Shown: in pieces, positions 41,260-55,344 of the stretch
Position numbering within the stretch: position 1 is the stretch's first letter
Layout of the letters: the number at the start of each line of letters is the position of its first letter
Assembly (NCBI RefSeq): GCF_000150275.1
Contig: NW_002060943.1
Location: forward strand, 11,284,878 to 11,348,877
DNA length: 64,000 nt
Reading direction: 5' to 3'
DNA from: Trichoplax adhaerens
Lineage: Eukaryota > Animalia > Placozoa
The notes under the pieces: generated by a model
Seen by the model: the letters and a program-made list of their open reading frames with translations, nothing else
What the model was told of the DNA's origin: nothing
Database searches by the model: none
Position numbers and translations under genes: made by a program

Positions 41260-41510
41260 TGTTGACGTATTGTACGTAAATTTCTGTTAACCATATACGT
41301 CATGTCATGTTAAGCTGACGTAATTCACAGGTAGATTTCACTATGGTCGGTGACATTTCTCGAAAATACGGAAGTCTTGTCATGTGTCAGTCCAGTACAG
41401 TACAATGTACTGTACTGGAATGGAAGTCTCTACAGTACACTAGAACTGCCCTGTTTCCAGTGCAGTACAGTACAGTATGACTGTGACTCACGTACAGGTT
41501 ATTGCGCAAC
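41260..41510. promoter_or_regulatory. bZIP-site cluster upstream of bZIP copy A
   Basis: TGACGTA (~41263), TGACGTAAT (~41316), TGACTCA (41484-41490) and TTGCGCAA (41502-41509), embedded in TACAG repeats. Confidence 0.4.
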
Positions 41511-44500
41511 TTAGTGTACTGTACAGTACAGTTACATTAAAATTACAGTACTGTACTGTACATCCAGTTATTTTTAACATCTGCATTTTGTAGAGGTCGA
41601 CGGTAATGTACAGTACTGTATTCCTGCTGTACAGTACTGTTTGAACTTAATTAACCTTGAGGGTCTCTACAGTACTGTACTGTACAGTATTCGGCAATTC
41701 ATGTACTGTACAAATGTACAATGTACACGGTACAATGTATTGGTACATTCATTCATCCATTTAGTGTTCGTGAACGCCTAGTAACGCTGACACTGCATAA
41801 AGTGTATATTTTGCTAAAGTTTCCCTTGTCTTTACTTGCCGTAACAAATATTTTACATACGATATGAATTATAGAATGGAGCATATCGCTTCTTCAATTG
41901 TACGGTAAACGTGTAAACAGTACAGTATTCGGAACTAAATGAGATGGAAAGAAATTTGAAAAAAACGATAGAGGATGGGTGCCTATCACGACGTTGGTGA
42001 TGCGATTCATCTACGAGTGATGTCAGATCCTTCACTCTAAATCCGCATGACGCGAGTACAATCATTCATACTGCGCTCATTCGCTATATGCGTACTTTAC
42101 GTATTGTATGTACTTGAACTTCTTACTTAACACTAGTCCTACCTGTTGTGATGTAATTGACTATAAATATTACATTAGATATCCAGTAGATTTGCCTCTA
42201 AAGGATAGATTGGCATACCCATTATGACGCAACTGGATTGCAATAGCTCTGACAGAATTAGAAAATGAAGTTTACTTTCACAAATAGTTATTTTCATTCT
42301 TCGTAGTGCTTAAAACTGTAATATATATATCTTATAATGAGGGCACGGTACTAGATTGCATCATCTTTTAGTTTTTACAGCAAGAGATATTCGAAATGTA
42401 GATTTAATAGGGCCAAAATATTACGATAAATTATGATAGTGAACAACAATAATTTGACGTAATCATCAGGAGTGCAGATATCTGAAATAATTTTAAAGTT
42501 AAAAGTTGATTTTAATATGGACTCATTTCATTTTTTAATAGGATTAATTGTATTAATGCAATGAAATTACTTACTATTTACAGCAAATTATGCTGTAATG
42601 ATGTAAATTTTAATCTCCATTATGATTATAATAACGCTAAGGAGCAAATTTTTGTTTAAATGAAGCAATATAACTGAAATGATACAATTACCGTATATCT
42701 TTACATGTAAGAATTGTACATTTACAGTAAGTATTACAAATAGGTTCAGAAAAATTGACATAAAACGATTGATATATAAAAATTGTTTAACAGATATCTT
42801 TGTTCTAAGTGCACGTGTCTGATAAGTCAGGAATTGTAAATGCCTAACTGCGACGAAATACGCATTTGCTAAAATTTCAAACGTAATACCTCAAGTACTG
42901 GTACACATGCTGCAAATATAGAAAGTACAAAATTGATCGCTTCTAATAATAGTAGTTCAGTGCCCAATATATCATCAGTTGAAATATCGTATACTAACAA
43001 GCTTCTAAGTACGTATAAGTGTCCAAATCCACTCATAATTTTTCATATTATAAAAGAAAAACTGTTTACTAAACTTTATCTAAGGATTAATAAATCTCAA
43101 TTATGTATTATTCTTATTGTCATCTCTTGTCGATTATATCAGCACAAACCACTGAACAAAAGTAATATTAAATTGGCAGACAAGAGTGTTTCTAGCAAAT
43201 TGGAGACTGAATAGACTGAAGTTAAGCCAGTTGAGGCATTATGTTTTCTATTAGAACTACAAATGAGTTCCTAAGGATAACGGAACATATTATCTCGTGA
43301 TTCGGTGTTTTGAGAGATAGACAATAAAGTTTATATGTAGACTAGCAGGCCTTCGTATTATACGTTAATGTTGTACTATTCGTATAACATTGTATTCATT
43401 GATTACTTTAGCCATTTAAAAATTTACCAAAGGTGTTGTATTATGGGAAATATGTTAATAAATGTTATGTGCCAGTTGAACGGGTCGATTTTTAGGAATA
43501 ATAAGAGAGAAAATATCTTCAAGGCATACCGCTATTTTTTATGTATAGCATAAAGAAATTTTTGCAGCCTATAAAGAGCTTCGAGGGAATGAAGTTTTAC
43601 ATTACCTTTTACCTTAAGAGATTAAAAATTATGGGTATACGCGTATGTAGAAAACAAAGTGTTGTACGGTACCATATTCCGAACCTTGACCTTGGACACG
43701 CAATGCTACATATACAATTATACTCTACATACGTAAAAGAGGTTATTAACCCATTGTACCTATTGTACGGACTTCTTGACCTAATATGGAAGTAACTCAT
43801 AAATAAATTATTTCAACCCCATTCATTCCTTTCTTATAGTTGACTAGATTTATTGTTGTTAGTCTTCTCTGTGTCTTAACGACACTATTCTTAGCATTTT
43901 TTTTTTTACTGGAATTTGTATTGATTACGCATTGCAGTGTGGAATGAAATGACATTCTTTTTCATTTAAGGTATATATATATATTGTAAAAGTGAGTAGT
44001 CCTCTACTTTCTTTTCTCCCCCCCCCCTCCCCCCCCCAAAAAAAAATTTAAATTTTGTTATACAATTTGACTGTGTATAGCGCGTAATACAAATGGTATC
44101 GACTATCAAATTCTACAAATCGGTTACTATGGTCACATTTTATCATTATTTTATTTCTCACCTCACCAGTTTTACACAATCTTATTAGTTGCTGAATGCT
44201 GTAATGTATATCCTTAGGCAAATTCTATCGATCAGGAAGCAGTCTTTTTCTCAACTAGTATAGTGTTTATTTACAGTGAATTAGTAGCACTCTAGAATAC
44301 AGTATCAAAGTGAAGGCTAATGTTTCAATGATACCACATTTACCGACTGTTAAGTATGGTTTCAAACTGATAAGCTTTAGAAGTATATTCAGTCATGAAA
44401 TAACTTTTAAATCTACTTAGCGCTATGTATAAATGTAATAATGGATTAAGTATGATTATTTGGTGGAACAAAGCGTTAGTATTTATGATTTCTAAATGAT

Positions 44501-45335
44501 ACGAGTATAACTAAGATATTGCCAACATAAGATTCTGCATGGTACATTGCACACTATTTTATACGCATATGCGCATATATTCGACTAATTGAGGAATGAT
44601 GAAACACTAATGAAACACCATCCGCCACGCCTTTACATCACTTTTAACATATTCCGATTGCATCATGCGACATCAAGGCATAGACTCAATTTGCTACTGC
44701 CCTATTAAAATATCACTTTAAAATACGTAACTAGCCTAGCTGCTAGTAAGCAACTTGGCATGATACAAGAATATATCAGTATTCCGGACACTTTTAATTA
44801 AATTAAATTTCTATAAAGCGTGTTGTCTCAGGATGTTTACATTTATTTACTAGCTGCTAAGTAGTACTTTCTAGAAACTCTTGTTCTATTCTGCAAAAAC
44901 TGTTTACAGTAATTAGCAATTAAGTAGAGACGGTAGATGGTCCTGTACAGTACTGTACTGTACAGTATACTGTAGTCCGACTGGGATACTGTACAAATCA
45001 TGAACATTGTTGACTCACTGCGCAGACACTCTAATAACCAATAACTACAGGGAGCGGAACATCAAACAGACACTATCCTCCACTTTCTATAAAAATCTAA
45101 AATATCCTCCAACACCATACTGCTTCATGACTACTTGCAATATGCACAATTGTATACTAATGAATAGTATAGCACAATGTATAATTTAAAATTTATTATT
45201 TATACCCTAAAATAATAGAATTAATAATAACTATCATTTTGCCACTATAGCGAGCTATACTACAGTAGCTCTACAAAAGCCTTTTAGCAATGAATGGTTT
45301 GCGAATGCTGACTACTGTATTTCTGCGTCCAAATC

Positions 45336-45432
45336 TGATGACGATCACTGTGACGTAACAATTACAAATACGTATTCTATCTATATTAGCATATAAAAAT
45401 AGAGTTCAGTTGACGTCACCACGCATAAAAAT
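45336..45432 (+). promoter_or_regulatory. CRE/TATA-type proximal promoter of bZIP copy B
   Basis: TGACG half site (~45339), TGACGTAA (45351), TATAAAAA (45392) and a perfect CRE TGACGTCA (45411-45418), upstream of an intron-containing 5'UTR. Confidence 0.55.
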
Positions 45433-45955
45433 AGATTTAAGTTTGGGCTTGCCAACCATGTCAACATCGTTTGTTTTCATCCTATCAATGAGTATATAGT
45501 ATCTGAAACAGCCTCTATTCATATTGATTTCGTAATGAGAGGATTACCGTAGACCGGCGACAGTATGAAGTAACGAATATTCTCAACAATCCAATAGTAT
45601 ACGTACTAACAAGTAGGATTTCTACGAACTGCACAGCAGTCTATAGTACAGTTCGTAGAATAGTTTACGCCTTGAACAAAACTGCCCAGAAATCATTAGC
45701 ATAACAAAACAAATTCTATTTTTACTGTATCGTACAATGTAAATAATTGTTTTGTTTGTTTTTTATTTTTGGCAATATATATAGAGAGCATCCATGCCTT
45801 CATTCAGCGACAGTATAAATAAATGTTGTTAAAGGGCAATGGGATCAGTTTAGCCCTGTCGACACAGCAGTTATATTGTCTGCAGTAATACTATTAAAAT
45901 TAACCTTCCCATTTCATATTAATTCAATAACTTTCAGCAAGTTGTCAAGATTGTA

Positions 45956-47380
45956 ATGGCTTATCACTACGATATGACGAATTCCATAAACTATCAAGAG
46001 CCGCAATTTAGCATGGGATCACAGGTATTTTTCTGAACTTTTATGACAAATAGATTAGATTGAAGCTAGCCACTGTACAATTAGAATGGAATACTGTCGA
46101 GTAGGAGTAAAATAACATTTGTGATTGCTCTAAGTAATAGCTTAAGATAGAGGATATCAAACAGTTATATACAGTACTGTATTACGTAGAGTACAGAAGA
46201 GCGACAATATACATCTAGTAGTAGCTCTACTTGTATAAATGGTAATTGTTCTCGTTAGTAAAATAGCAAACTTGACTTATGGATCATTGTATCGTTCTGC
46301 ACTTGTATATGGTTACACGGTCATTGTACCTAAACAAGCATATAAGATATCTATACGATTAGTAATATTATAGTTTCTCATTCAATCATGTACAAATCGC
46401 ATAACTGCTAAAATAGTAATCGCTAACTAGCAGTTAAGAAGTTATTTATTACCGTATTAACTTGCAAAAAAACTTCCGTCAAATAGTACTTTACAACTAA
46501 TTATCTATGTTTTAATGTTACGATACACAGATGCCATTCAAAAATTACAATACTATGGAAGTACAATCGGCTTTTTACGAAGAAGAAGAAGATGATACAA
46601 ATATCTACAAGGCAGTCATGCCTCAGTTTGTTCGTCATAACCTAAAGATGAAATTATTGGCTAGAAACCCTGAAAACTGTTACGATACATTTAAAGTTCC
46701 TCAACCAAGATATAGAAAACCTGTTGAGGTTGGTTAATCTTAATTTTAGATTTTCATTTAAATTTATGATAGATCCTTATAACTTTAGATTTTACGTACA
46801 ATGCAGTCATCAAGCATAGTACATAAGTTGCCATCAGTATTTCATTTCATCACAGATATAGATTCTTAGTAGTTACATGATGATTGTTAAAGATAGCGGT
46901 AGATAAATTGCTAGCTGAAATATTAATCAATAATTAAATGCTATCTATTATAGGCGACTGAAGATGATATGAACAGGAAGAGGCTACGACGTGAGCGAAA
47001 TAAATTAGCTGCGATGCGATGTAGAAATAGGCGTAGAGAAAATATTGAACGTCTAGAAAAGGTACTAAATTTGAATTAACACGAACAAGAATTCAAATTG
47101 GTTCACCATCGTAAATTGCAAATTAAGATTAAATCTAGAGCTGCTATGCGTGTAATTATCTATTAAGAGTAATCATTCACTTATCTTCATCATCTTATCA
47201 ATTTCTTAGGAAACAGAACGTTTAACTGATGTTCAGGATTCTATATTAGAAAACATTGCAAGTTTAACAAAGCAAAAAGATCAGCTTCTACAAATTCTTA
47301 ATGCTCACAAGTGTGCATTACAAGCCCAACCTCCTAATACAGTGAGTAGCGCATCTTTGTTGCTACAAGGAATGGCATGA
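45956..47380 (+). CDS. 181-aa ATF3/JDP2/Fos-family bZIP factor, copy B
   Basis: Phase-0 exons 45956-46024, 46531-46728, 46954-47061 (108 nt; ATEDDMNRKRLRRERNKLAAMRCRNRRRENIERLEK) and 47210-47380 (ETERLTD...LLQILNAHKC). PQFVRHNLKMKL resembles the ATF3 PFVKEELRFAI block. Confidence 0.9.
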
Positions 47381-49513
47381 AATAAACAATCCTCATGAAT
47401 AACTATGGTCTTGTAGGCCGGTATACAAAATTAGTGATACCAGAAGATCCTGAAAACTGCAAATGAAGGAAATCATCTATTGTTCTAACGTCACCGAACC
47501 AGTACCCATGCACAAAACGATATTTATGGCGTTAAATTCTCTCCTAAAGATTTCAATGTTAAAACTTCAACAGTACGTACGTAACATAAAGTATTCTATT
47601 TTTTATTCGGCCAATAATCTAATTTATTTTAACTCTAACTTTGATACTGGCAATAAGATCGATTCACGAGTTATTTATATTCAATCTTTAAACTATTGTT
47701 CCTGTGAAGTTAATTTGAAAATATTTATTTATCTTGTACGTTCTTCTTAAACCTATTTTTGTTGCGTTCATTACTATTATCTATATATCTATGAACTCTG
47801 ATAGCATAAAAGCGTTATATAACGGTATTCGTCTGTTCACCTTCGAAAATTCTATCGATTAGTATTTAAAGAATGTCGGTTTTTCTATTTAATACCGCGT
47901 ATATATTTATTTTCATTTCATGTTAAAGTAATTTCGACACTCCATAGATCTTTAAGCTTAATAAGAAATTATCCTTTACATGATTTAATTTGTTATGCTT
48001 CCACTTCTATTAATTCTCAGTTTATTTATTAATAATTTTCTTGTCTCTGTTACGACTCTTCAATGAGAGCGCGATTAATTATTTATTTTCGTAGTATAGT
48101 CTGGTGTAATTTGAAATTTAACTTCCGAATCTATGTTTTCGTTATTTCGAGTCCGATTAATTATTAAATCTTAAATTATAATCAGATAGATAAATTCATG
48201 TTCCTGCTGTTATAGTATAGTTTAATATATTGTTGGCCATGTAGAAGCTATTATTTATAAGTGCGCTTTATAGGGAAAATTACTATCATTCGTTTCACTT
48301 AATTACTTCTTGCTCAAGATCTTCTATATTTCTAATTCAAATGAATATCGATATAAAGAGCGTGATATTAGAATCTATATCTTTGAACCTTATTATCATT
48401 AGTATATAATAAAATCTTTCTTTATTATTTATGATGTAATAAGCGTATGTCATGTACGTATATAATTGGAATGAGATAGATATTTGGTATTATTTTTCAA
48501 AAAAATGTCCTAAATGTTGTATTTTTATTAAATGCCAGATTTACTCGTGAATTATATTTATTTATCAATTATATATTATCACATGACAGATCCATGGATA
48601 TATGTTATTTTATTCCAATAATAAAAGAATATTCAAGTATATCTTATGCGACAAAAATTTCATGATAATCAAGGCATGATGTCATAGCATTTTAGAAATA
48701 GTATATTACATTGTCTTAAGAAAGGCATTATTACATGATATTACACTGTGTGTATATTTGACTTAGAACTATTGAACATCACATCAAGAAAGCCTCTGTT
48801 ATACGTACAGTATATTGTAATCGCCGTTGATTAAATTATGTAAACATATTTAAGAGGAAGGTATGATACAGTAATAGGTTATTATCTATAAACTACAGTG
48901 CTCGCCTACAATCACTATTCGATCCTGTATTGTACAGTACATTCATATTCAAAAATACATTTGCGCATCGCGCGATTTATCAACTCCAATTTTATTCGGA
49001 TTTATACAAATTGTATTACTAAGATAATTCGTTAATAATATTACTTTATACTAGTGTTAGTAGTGTATCCCTTGCTCGTTATACTTCACGTACTATATTG
49101 CATTCAAATTGACGTATTGAAACTATAGATTCATTCCATAATGAGGATATCCCGTGGGCAATTGTTCAAGATGATGACAAGATCTACAAGGCGTAACAGG
49201 GGAAATCAGCTGATCATTGAACAGTGTTCCTTATTAACCGAACCTTTTTCAGGTCTACTTAAAAGTTAACCCCAAACCCGACTTGAACCCGATTGGAGAG
49301 AAGAATTTCTGTGGTGATACAGTGTTTGTATAGCGATTGTACTCACTTGGGGTTCGAAAATCAATAATTTGATCGGGTATTATCGGGTTCGGATTGCGTT
49401 TTCACTCCATTGGAGGACTCTACCATGGACTACGCCCTAGTGATACAACGAATACGTTTATAATACTGTAGTTCAGAGCACTGAAGATTTTTGTAACCCT
49501 CGCAACATTATAC

Positions 49514-49617
49514 GAAAGATTTTATAGCAAAACAAGGAACGAAGTATACTCCGTATTTACGTCTTTGAATCAATGAGTCAAACTTTCGTCGTTTCCTGTT
49601 TTGCTATAAAAACTTTC
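49514..49617. repeat. Fold-back with ~29-bp imperfect inverted arms
   Basis: gaaagattttatagcaaaacaaggaacga (49514-49542) versus tcgtttcctgttttgctataaaaactttc (49589-49617). Confidence 0.85.
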
Positions 49618-50023
49618 CTGCACCATGGACGTCTCCGATGCCTCCAAGTCCTTACTGGCTGTAGTCAGTTCCAGTGACTACTTTATGAGCATGATCAGTT
49701 ATCACTTTATGTGCTCGTTGTACAGTACATTAAAGTAGTGCACAGTGTACGTATTGTACTATTCTGTACTGTACACTGTAACAGTCGAGATACACAACAC
49801 AGTGTACAGTACCGGTCTTTAGTTTATACTGTACAGTAAAGTACTGTACCGGTGGCAACCTCACTTTAACTCAATCATAACATTATTATAATAATCATTG
49901 ATTGCATTGCCACTAGACCTGATTTGCCACCACTTTATTCATTGCTGTTTTCTAGCTCAAAAGGATTTAGCATCTTGGTAATGCGGTCCCTAGAAGATTA
50001 ATTATTGGAACATTACTGAATCG

Positions 50024-53000
50024 ATGAATGCATCATTAATGAACTTTCTACGACGAACCGGCCGATTGAAATATCTCTTTCTAGGATTAACTGGAGCTGC
50101 TGCAAGTGCTGGTGCATATTGCGTCATTAATGATGTACCTTTATTCGGAGTTGCACGTATGGGTTTTACCGCTGCAACGGTAACCTTCTAAACTTGCTAC
50201 TAATAGATTAAGGGATTATGTGGTAGATCTAGAGCATGACTAGTGATATCTTTCATAAAATGCAGCTCGCACTTTGCTACTACTTAATTGACTGATTGAA
50301 GGTTGTACTGTACATACATTAGCAGAGTAATTAAATGATCGTGTCAAGCAATGCCGAAAAGGTCTGAAGACTTTCCTTTCTATAAGATTCTAGCTGGAAT
50401 AGTAACGGATCGTTTTGTAACTTAGCAGCGTCGTACTATACTGTACAGATATCGAAGTTTACTCAATTCCTAGATACGACACAGACAAGCATTTTGATTA
50501 TATAACATGTGGATAATTTGTAATCGATGATTATTATAACTTAGAACTTATCTATTATAATTATAATCAATTATCAGACATGACATTACACTACGGTTCG
50601 GACTTAGTGTATTAGTGTAACGATACTCATATATTTTAATGATTATTCGCGACTAATTATGATACATTTTGACAATACTCGGTCTGGAATATAGCGTGGT
50701 GAATAAATTAATACTGCCTTAATACTCAGTTACTAATATGCTGCATACATACATGAATAAACAAACGATTCCTATATTGATTTCCACTTTAAATTTGCCG
50801 CTACTGTAGCAAATGAAATTCTATACTGTATGATCCATGGTAAATTTGTTACGTGATAGTATGCCAAAGACATTGGTTATTTGGGTAACCTTCATGATTC
50901 TCGCATTGCAATTATTGATATTCTTGGCTATACGCGACCATGATATAGAGTATAATTAAGAGTCGTATTCTCGGTACGTTATGCAATGAAATGTTTCGCA
51001 TTGGGATGCTAGCATCTAAAATAGACATCAGAATGCATTATTGGTTATTATAGATGCATGCATAGCTATAATAATAACTGACAAAAACGCTACGTCAGAA
51101 GTACGATAACTGACTGATTCTTAAAAGTTTACTGAAGGAGCTTCTCGAACGCACCGTTTATACTGTACTAATCATGCTCGTATTTACAACATAGTAAAAG
51201 ATTAAAACCTTTCCATTGGCATTTCAGTGATTCTACCTGTTCAAATCGTTACTCTAACACAAATACAATTACTGTAGATCAGCGATGATACTGAACACAA
51301 ACGTATAAATGATAATACTCGTATACACATACTGTACACGTATTCAACGCTAGCTATCGAACTTATCAATATTGTTACTTTTTACAATCATGAAATTTAT
51401 AATTTATAATTGTCTAAAGAAAAAGGGACAAATAAAATATTTTAGCTTACGACGTGTATGATTATTTCGAATATGTACCCTTATATCAACTTGAAAATCG
51501 TATTTTGATTACACTGCCTTAAATTTAGGTTGCCTGCGTATTTGCCGACTATAAAGTGACATTATATGGAGTAGATCCTACAACTGATAGATACCGGGAA
51601 TTGAAATCCAAGGTTACCGTTTACTTCTGCATATGTAGCGCCTAAAAATTTTCAGTAATCTAGATATACGAGTATACATATAACTTTACTACTTTAACCA
51701 GCATTACAGGAAAAATATTGCTTGCTTAATGGATTCTTTTTTGATATCTCACGCCAAGATTATTATTTCTCTATGTTGTAATTCTACACGTAAGGTTCAT
51801 GTTCGGGCTGCTACTCGATTAAGGAATTTATGTTGCTTGCATGGCGGTGTATACATCAAGGCTGGACAACATATTGGCGCTCTCGACTATCTCTTACCAG
51901 ATGAGTACGTACAAACCATGAAGGTTTTACACGATGATGCCCCTAAAAGCAAGCTAGCTGACGTCTTGAAGGTAAGTAGCTAGTTAAAAGGCCCCATGCG
52001 GTACCAGGGATCATCAATACAAGTTTTTCAACTTATACCTTATGATACAGTCGAATGTATCACTTTACAACAACATCGCTTTTATTACATGCACGCGTAT
52101 TCATGTGATCCGATTTAATGTAATGTTAGGTGATTGAAGAAGATTTTGGAAAACCTGCCCATGAAATCTTTCAATACATTGAGGACAAACCTATAGGCGC
52201 CGCTTCGCTTGCTCAGGTTCATCGTTGCATATTGCATGATGGCACAACTGTTGCTGTGAAGGTACAACATCGAAATGTTAAGGCCTATTCTGATACTGAT
52301 GTCAGATGTATGGAGGTGAACAAAGATTTTTACAGAACTGTTATGCCTTTACTGGTTGTTCATTTACTTGCCTTGACTTGATAGTGTTCTGATCAGTTTT
52401 CTTCGTATTTAATATCAACCGGTAATCTCCTTAACTATTTATTAAATTAAACTATATAATACAGTTTCTATGCAATGTCGCCGCTCGTTTATTTCCTGAA
52501 TTTAAATTTGACTGGCTAATTGAAGAAACTAAGAAAAATTTACCGAAAGAATTAGATTTCATACAGGAGGGTCACAATGCGGATAATGTTGCTAAGATGT
52601 TCAAACATTTTAGTTTCTTAAAGGTATCTGAATAAAATATAATGTGTTTATGTCTCTATAAATGCAAAATTTACCGTATCCAATTTTATATTGTCGTAGA
52701 TTCCTAAGATTTATTGGAACTGGTCAACCGATCGTGTGTTAACGATGGAACTCTGTTTTGGCGACAGAATTGACAATCTAGAATACCTCCAAAATTCTAA
52801 GATAAATGTTGATGAGGTAGGCAAGCCATTAGATTTACAACTATACCATAGAGAAAACTACGGTATAATTAACTACAGTCTTTATCTTATGATCGATATG
52901 GCCGTAGTAAGTGCTTTAAGAAGCGCGTTGAATACGCAGAAATTGTTTGTTGTTTGACTTTTAACTTCAATTTTAACAACTTATATAGGTTTCGCAAATG

Positions 53001-53909
53001 CTCGGAAAACTTTATAGCGAAATGATTTTCGTTAAAGGTTATATTCACTGCGACCCTCACCCTGGAAATTTACTTGTTTGTAAGAATGATACTACAAACA
53101 AAACGGAGATCGTTTTACTGGATCATGGGTTGTATCAGGTATACAATTATTCAATATTTAACAGATTATCTATTTATAGGAGCTATGACTGCTAATTTAA
53201 AGGCTTAAGAGGAAGTAAACGGTTATGTAGACTTTAAGATGCGATATTAGGCTGAAATTTTATAATTTTTTTCCATTTATTATTTAAATTCGATAGAAAC
53301 TGACCGATGACTTTAGGATTTCCTATTGTCGACTTTGGCAATCGCTCATTGAAGCTGATTTAGATGCGGTTAAGAAATACTGTGCCGAATTACGTGCTGG
53401 TGAAATGTATCCGTTGTTGGCATGCATAATTTCTGGTAGATCATGGAACAGTATCAAGAGTGGTATTTCTAATAAGCCAATCGATAAAGCCGAAGTTTGT
53501 CTACGATTAATTTGCACTATAAATCGATAATACCTTTAGAGTATCCAATTTTTCGGACTTACTATTTTGATATTAAAATTCTTTGATATAGATGGATGAA
53601 ATAGCTGGTACTGCTTCACAGCTCCTACCTGGCATTACAGAGTTACTGCAACGAATACCAAGGCAGATGCTCCTAATTCTTAAAACGAATGATCTACTGA
53701 AGGGTATAGAATCTACTTTAAAGTCCAAAAATAATAAGCAGTCGTTGATTACAATGTCAAAAAGTTGTATCCGTGCTATAGCTAATTATGATCTGAAAAA
53801 TTCCTCAAGTGTTATGAGCAAAATTAAAATTTGGATTAATTTTATTATATTAAGATTAAAACTGCAACTCTATGGCATTTCAGATAAAGCGAATTGCAAT
53901 CTTTCATAA
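50024..53909 (+). CDS. ADCK1: AarF/ABC1-domain atypical kinase ADCK1
   Basis: First exon 50024-50179. Motifs: GGVYIKAGQHIGALDYLLPDEY, PIGAASLAQVHR, VAVKVQH, KNLPKELDFIQEGHNA, IHCDPHPGNLLV, LLDHGLY, IPRQMLLILKTNDLL. Confidence 0.95.
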
Positions 53910-55344
53910 AATGAAAGTTTTTTAACCAATTACATCATAGTTACTGGTTTCATTTCGAACTGTTATGATATTTGAGACATTGATTGCTTTTTAAATGGAT
54001 CTACTAGCATATGATTCTCTATTTCTTGGGTTGTAATTATTTACTCTATAAAATCCAGAAATCTACTCTTTTTCAGTGATTATTATTCATATTATGAAGT
54101 ACAGGCAATTTTATTAAACTCCGAAACAAAACGTTAATTTATTTATATTGTAGTTTAGTACTCATAATTTAGAGCTCTCACAGGAGTTCAATAATTTTTT
54201 CCATCAAATGATTTTTATACTACCATATGACTTACCTTAAGAGCAATATTGGTGTGATTTGCCAATAAATAACTAAATCATGAAGGCGTGTTTTAAAATC
54301 TTTTTACAAAGCATTTAAAGCAACCTATTGAATTCATAATATTGCTTCATGTTACTCTTAGATAGATACTATTGCGCACAGTACAAATATATTATATCAT
54401 AACATGTAACATTTGATATAGAATCATGATATTGAAATGGTGATATTCATGTAATAAGCGTAGCATATTCTGATCTTGCTACCTGTTGCTAAGCAATGGC
54501 GCTATTTATAATGTGCTAGTTTAAGCCTGAAGTATTTGCTGTAGCCAATTGAAATAAAATTTGATGATGCTGTTGACTAGATATGAATGAGTATCAAAGT
54601 TTATATTTCGAACATTTATTTGACTAAACCTACAAGAACGCAAGGCTATCATTGATATATTAGGTGTTCATCTGATTTTCTAATTTATTAAGTGGCGCAT
54701 TTAATAAAATGAGATACCATATAAATATATCTTAAGTATATTCATTAATGCGTTAAATTAATCATTTTGTAAACTACGTGTACAGCATAATGTATCCATA
54801 GTATGACTGTAAGAGATTTTTTAAAGCCTGGGATTGTTTATTTAGCCTCTAGCCAAAAGATTTAAGAATACGTCGTACAATGTATCAATTCGTTCGTACA
54901 TATTCACCCTAACATCTGCTCTGCTGCCCGCTATTAGTATTTGTATTGTTATCATATACAATACAAACGTTATTACTGTCTATTTGCACTGGTTTACGAT
55001 AAAATAAAAGAAAAGGGGTGGCTACAAGTCACTAATTGAGCTATAATTCGCACGACGGTATATAACTGGAATCATGTAAAGATCTTCAAGCTGCAATGGT
55101 AGAGAAAAATTTATTAACATTCCGAGTGAACGCTTAATCTGGTCATGATTCTATTCTAGCTCTGATTTCAGATAAGATTATTCTAAATTTAAGAATTCTG
55201 TTAAGAGAGTTTGTCTGCGTTTAAATGAATCAACAACTTGATTATTTTCGTATAAAATGATTTAGATTATTTAATTATAATTGTCAATCGAAGTTACTAG
55301 GGGGTAATGGTATATAGCAGTTGGAAGATATAAACCATAGCAAT

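Noticed and set aside
43430-43800. Coding-like stretch between the bZIP genes (possible decayed glycosyltransferase)
   Set aside because: Only vague motif similarity, multiple stops and no exon structure.
44015-44046. Poly-C/poly-A tract
   Set aside because: Simple homopolymer run with no supporting context.
52427-52436. TCCTTAAC U12-type branch motif in an ADCK1 intron; also a GTATCTT donor in HECTD1 at 22570
   Set aside because: The ADCK1 donor is U2-type (GTGAAC), and the HECTD1 intron lacks the full GTATCCT and a U12 branch site.
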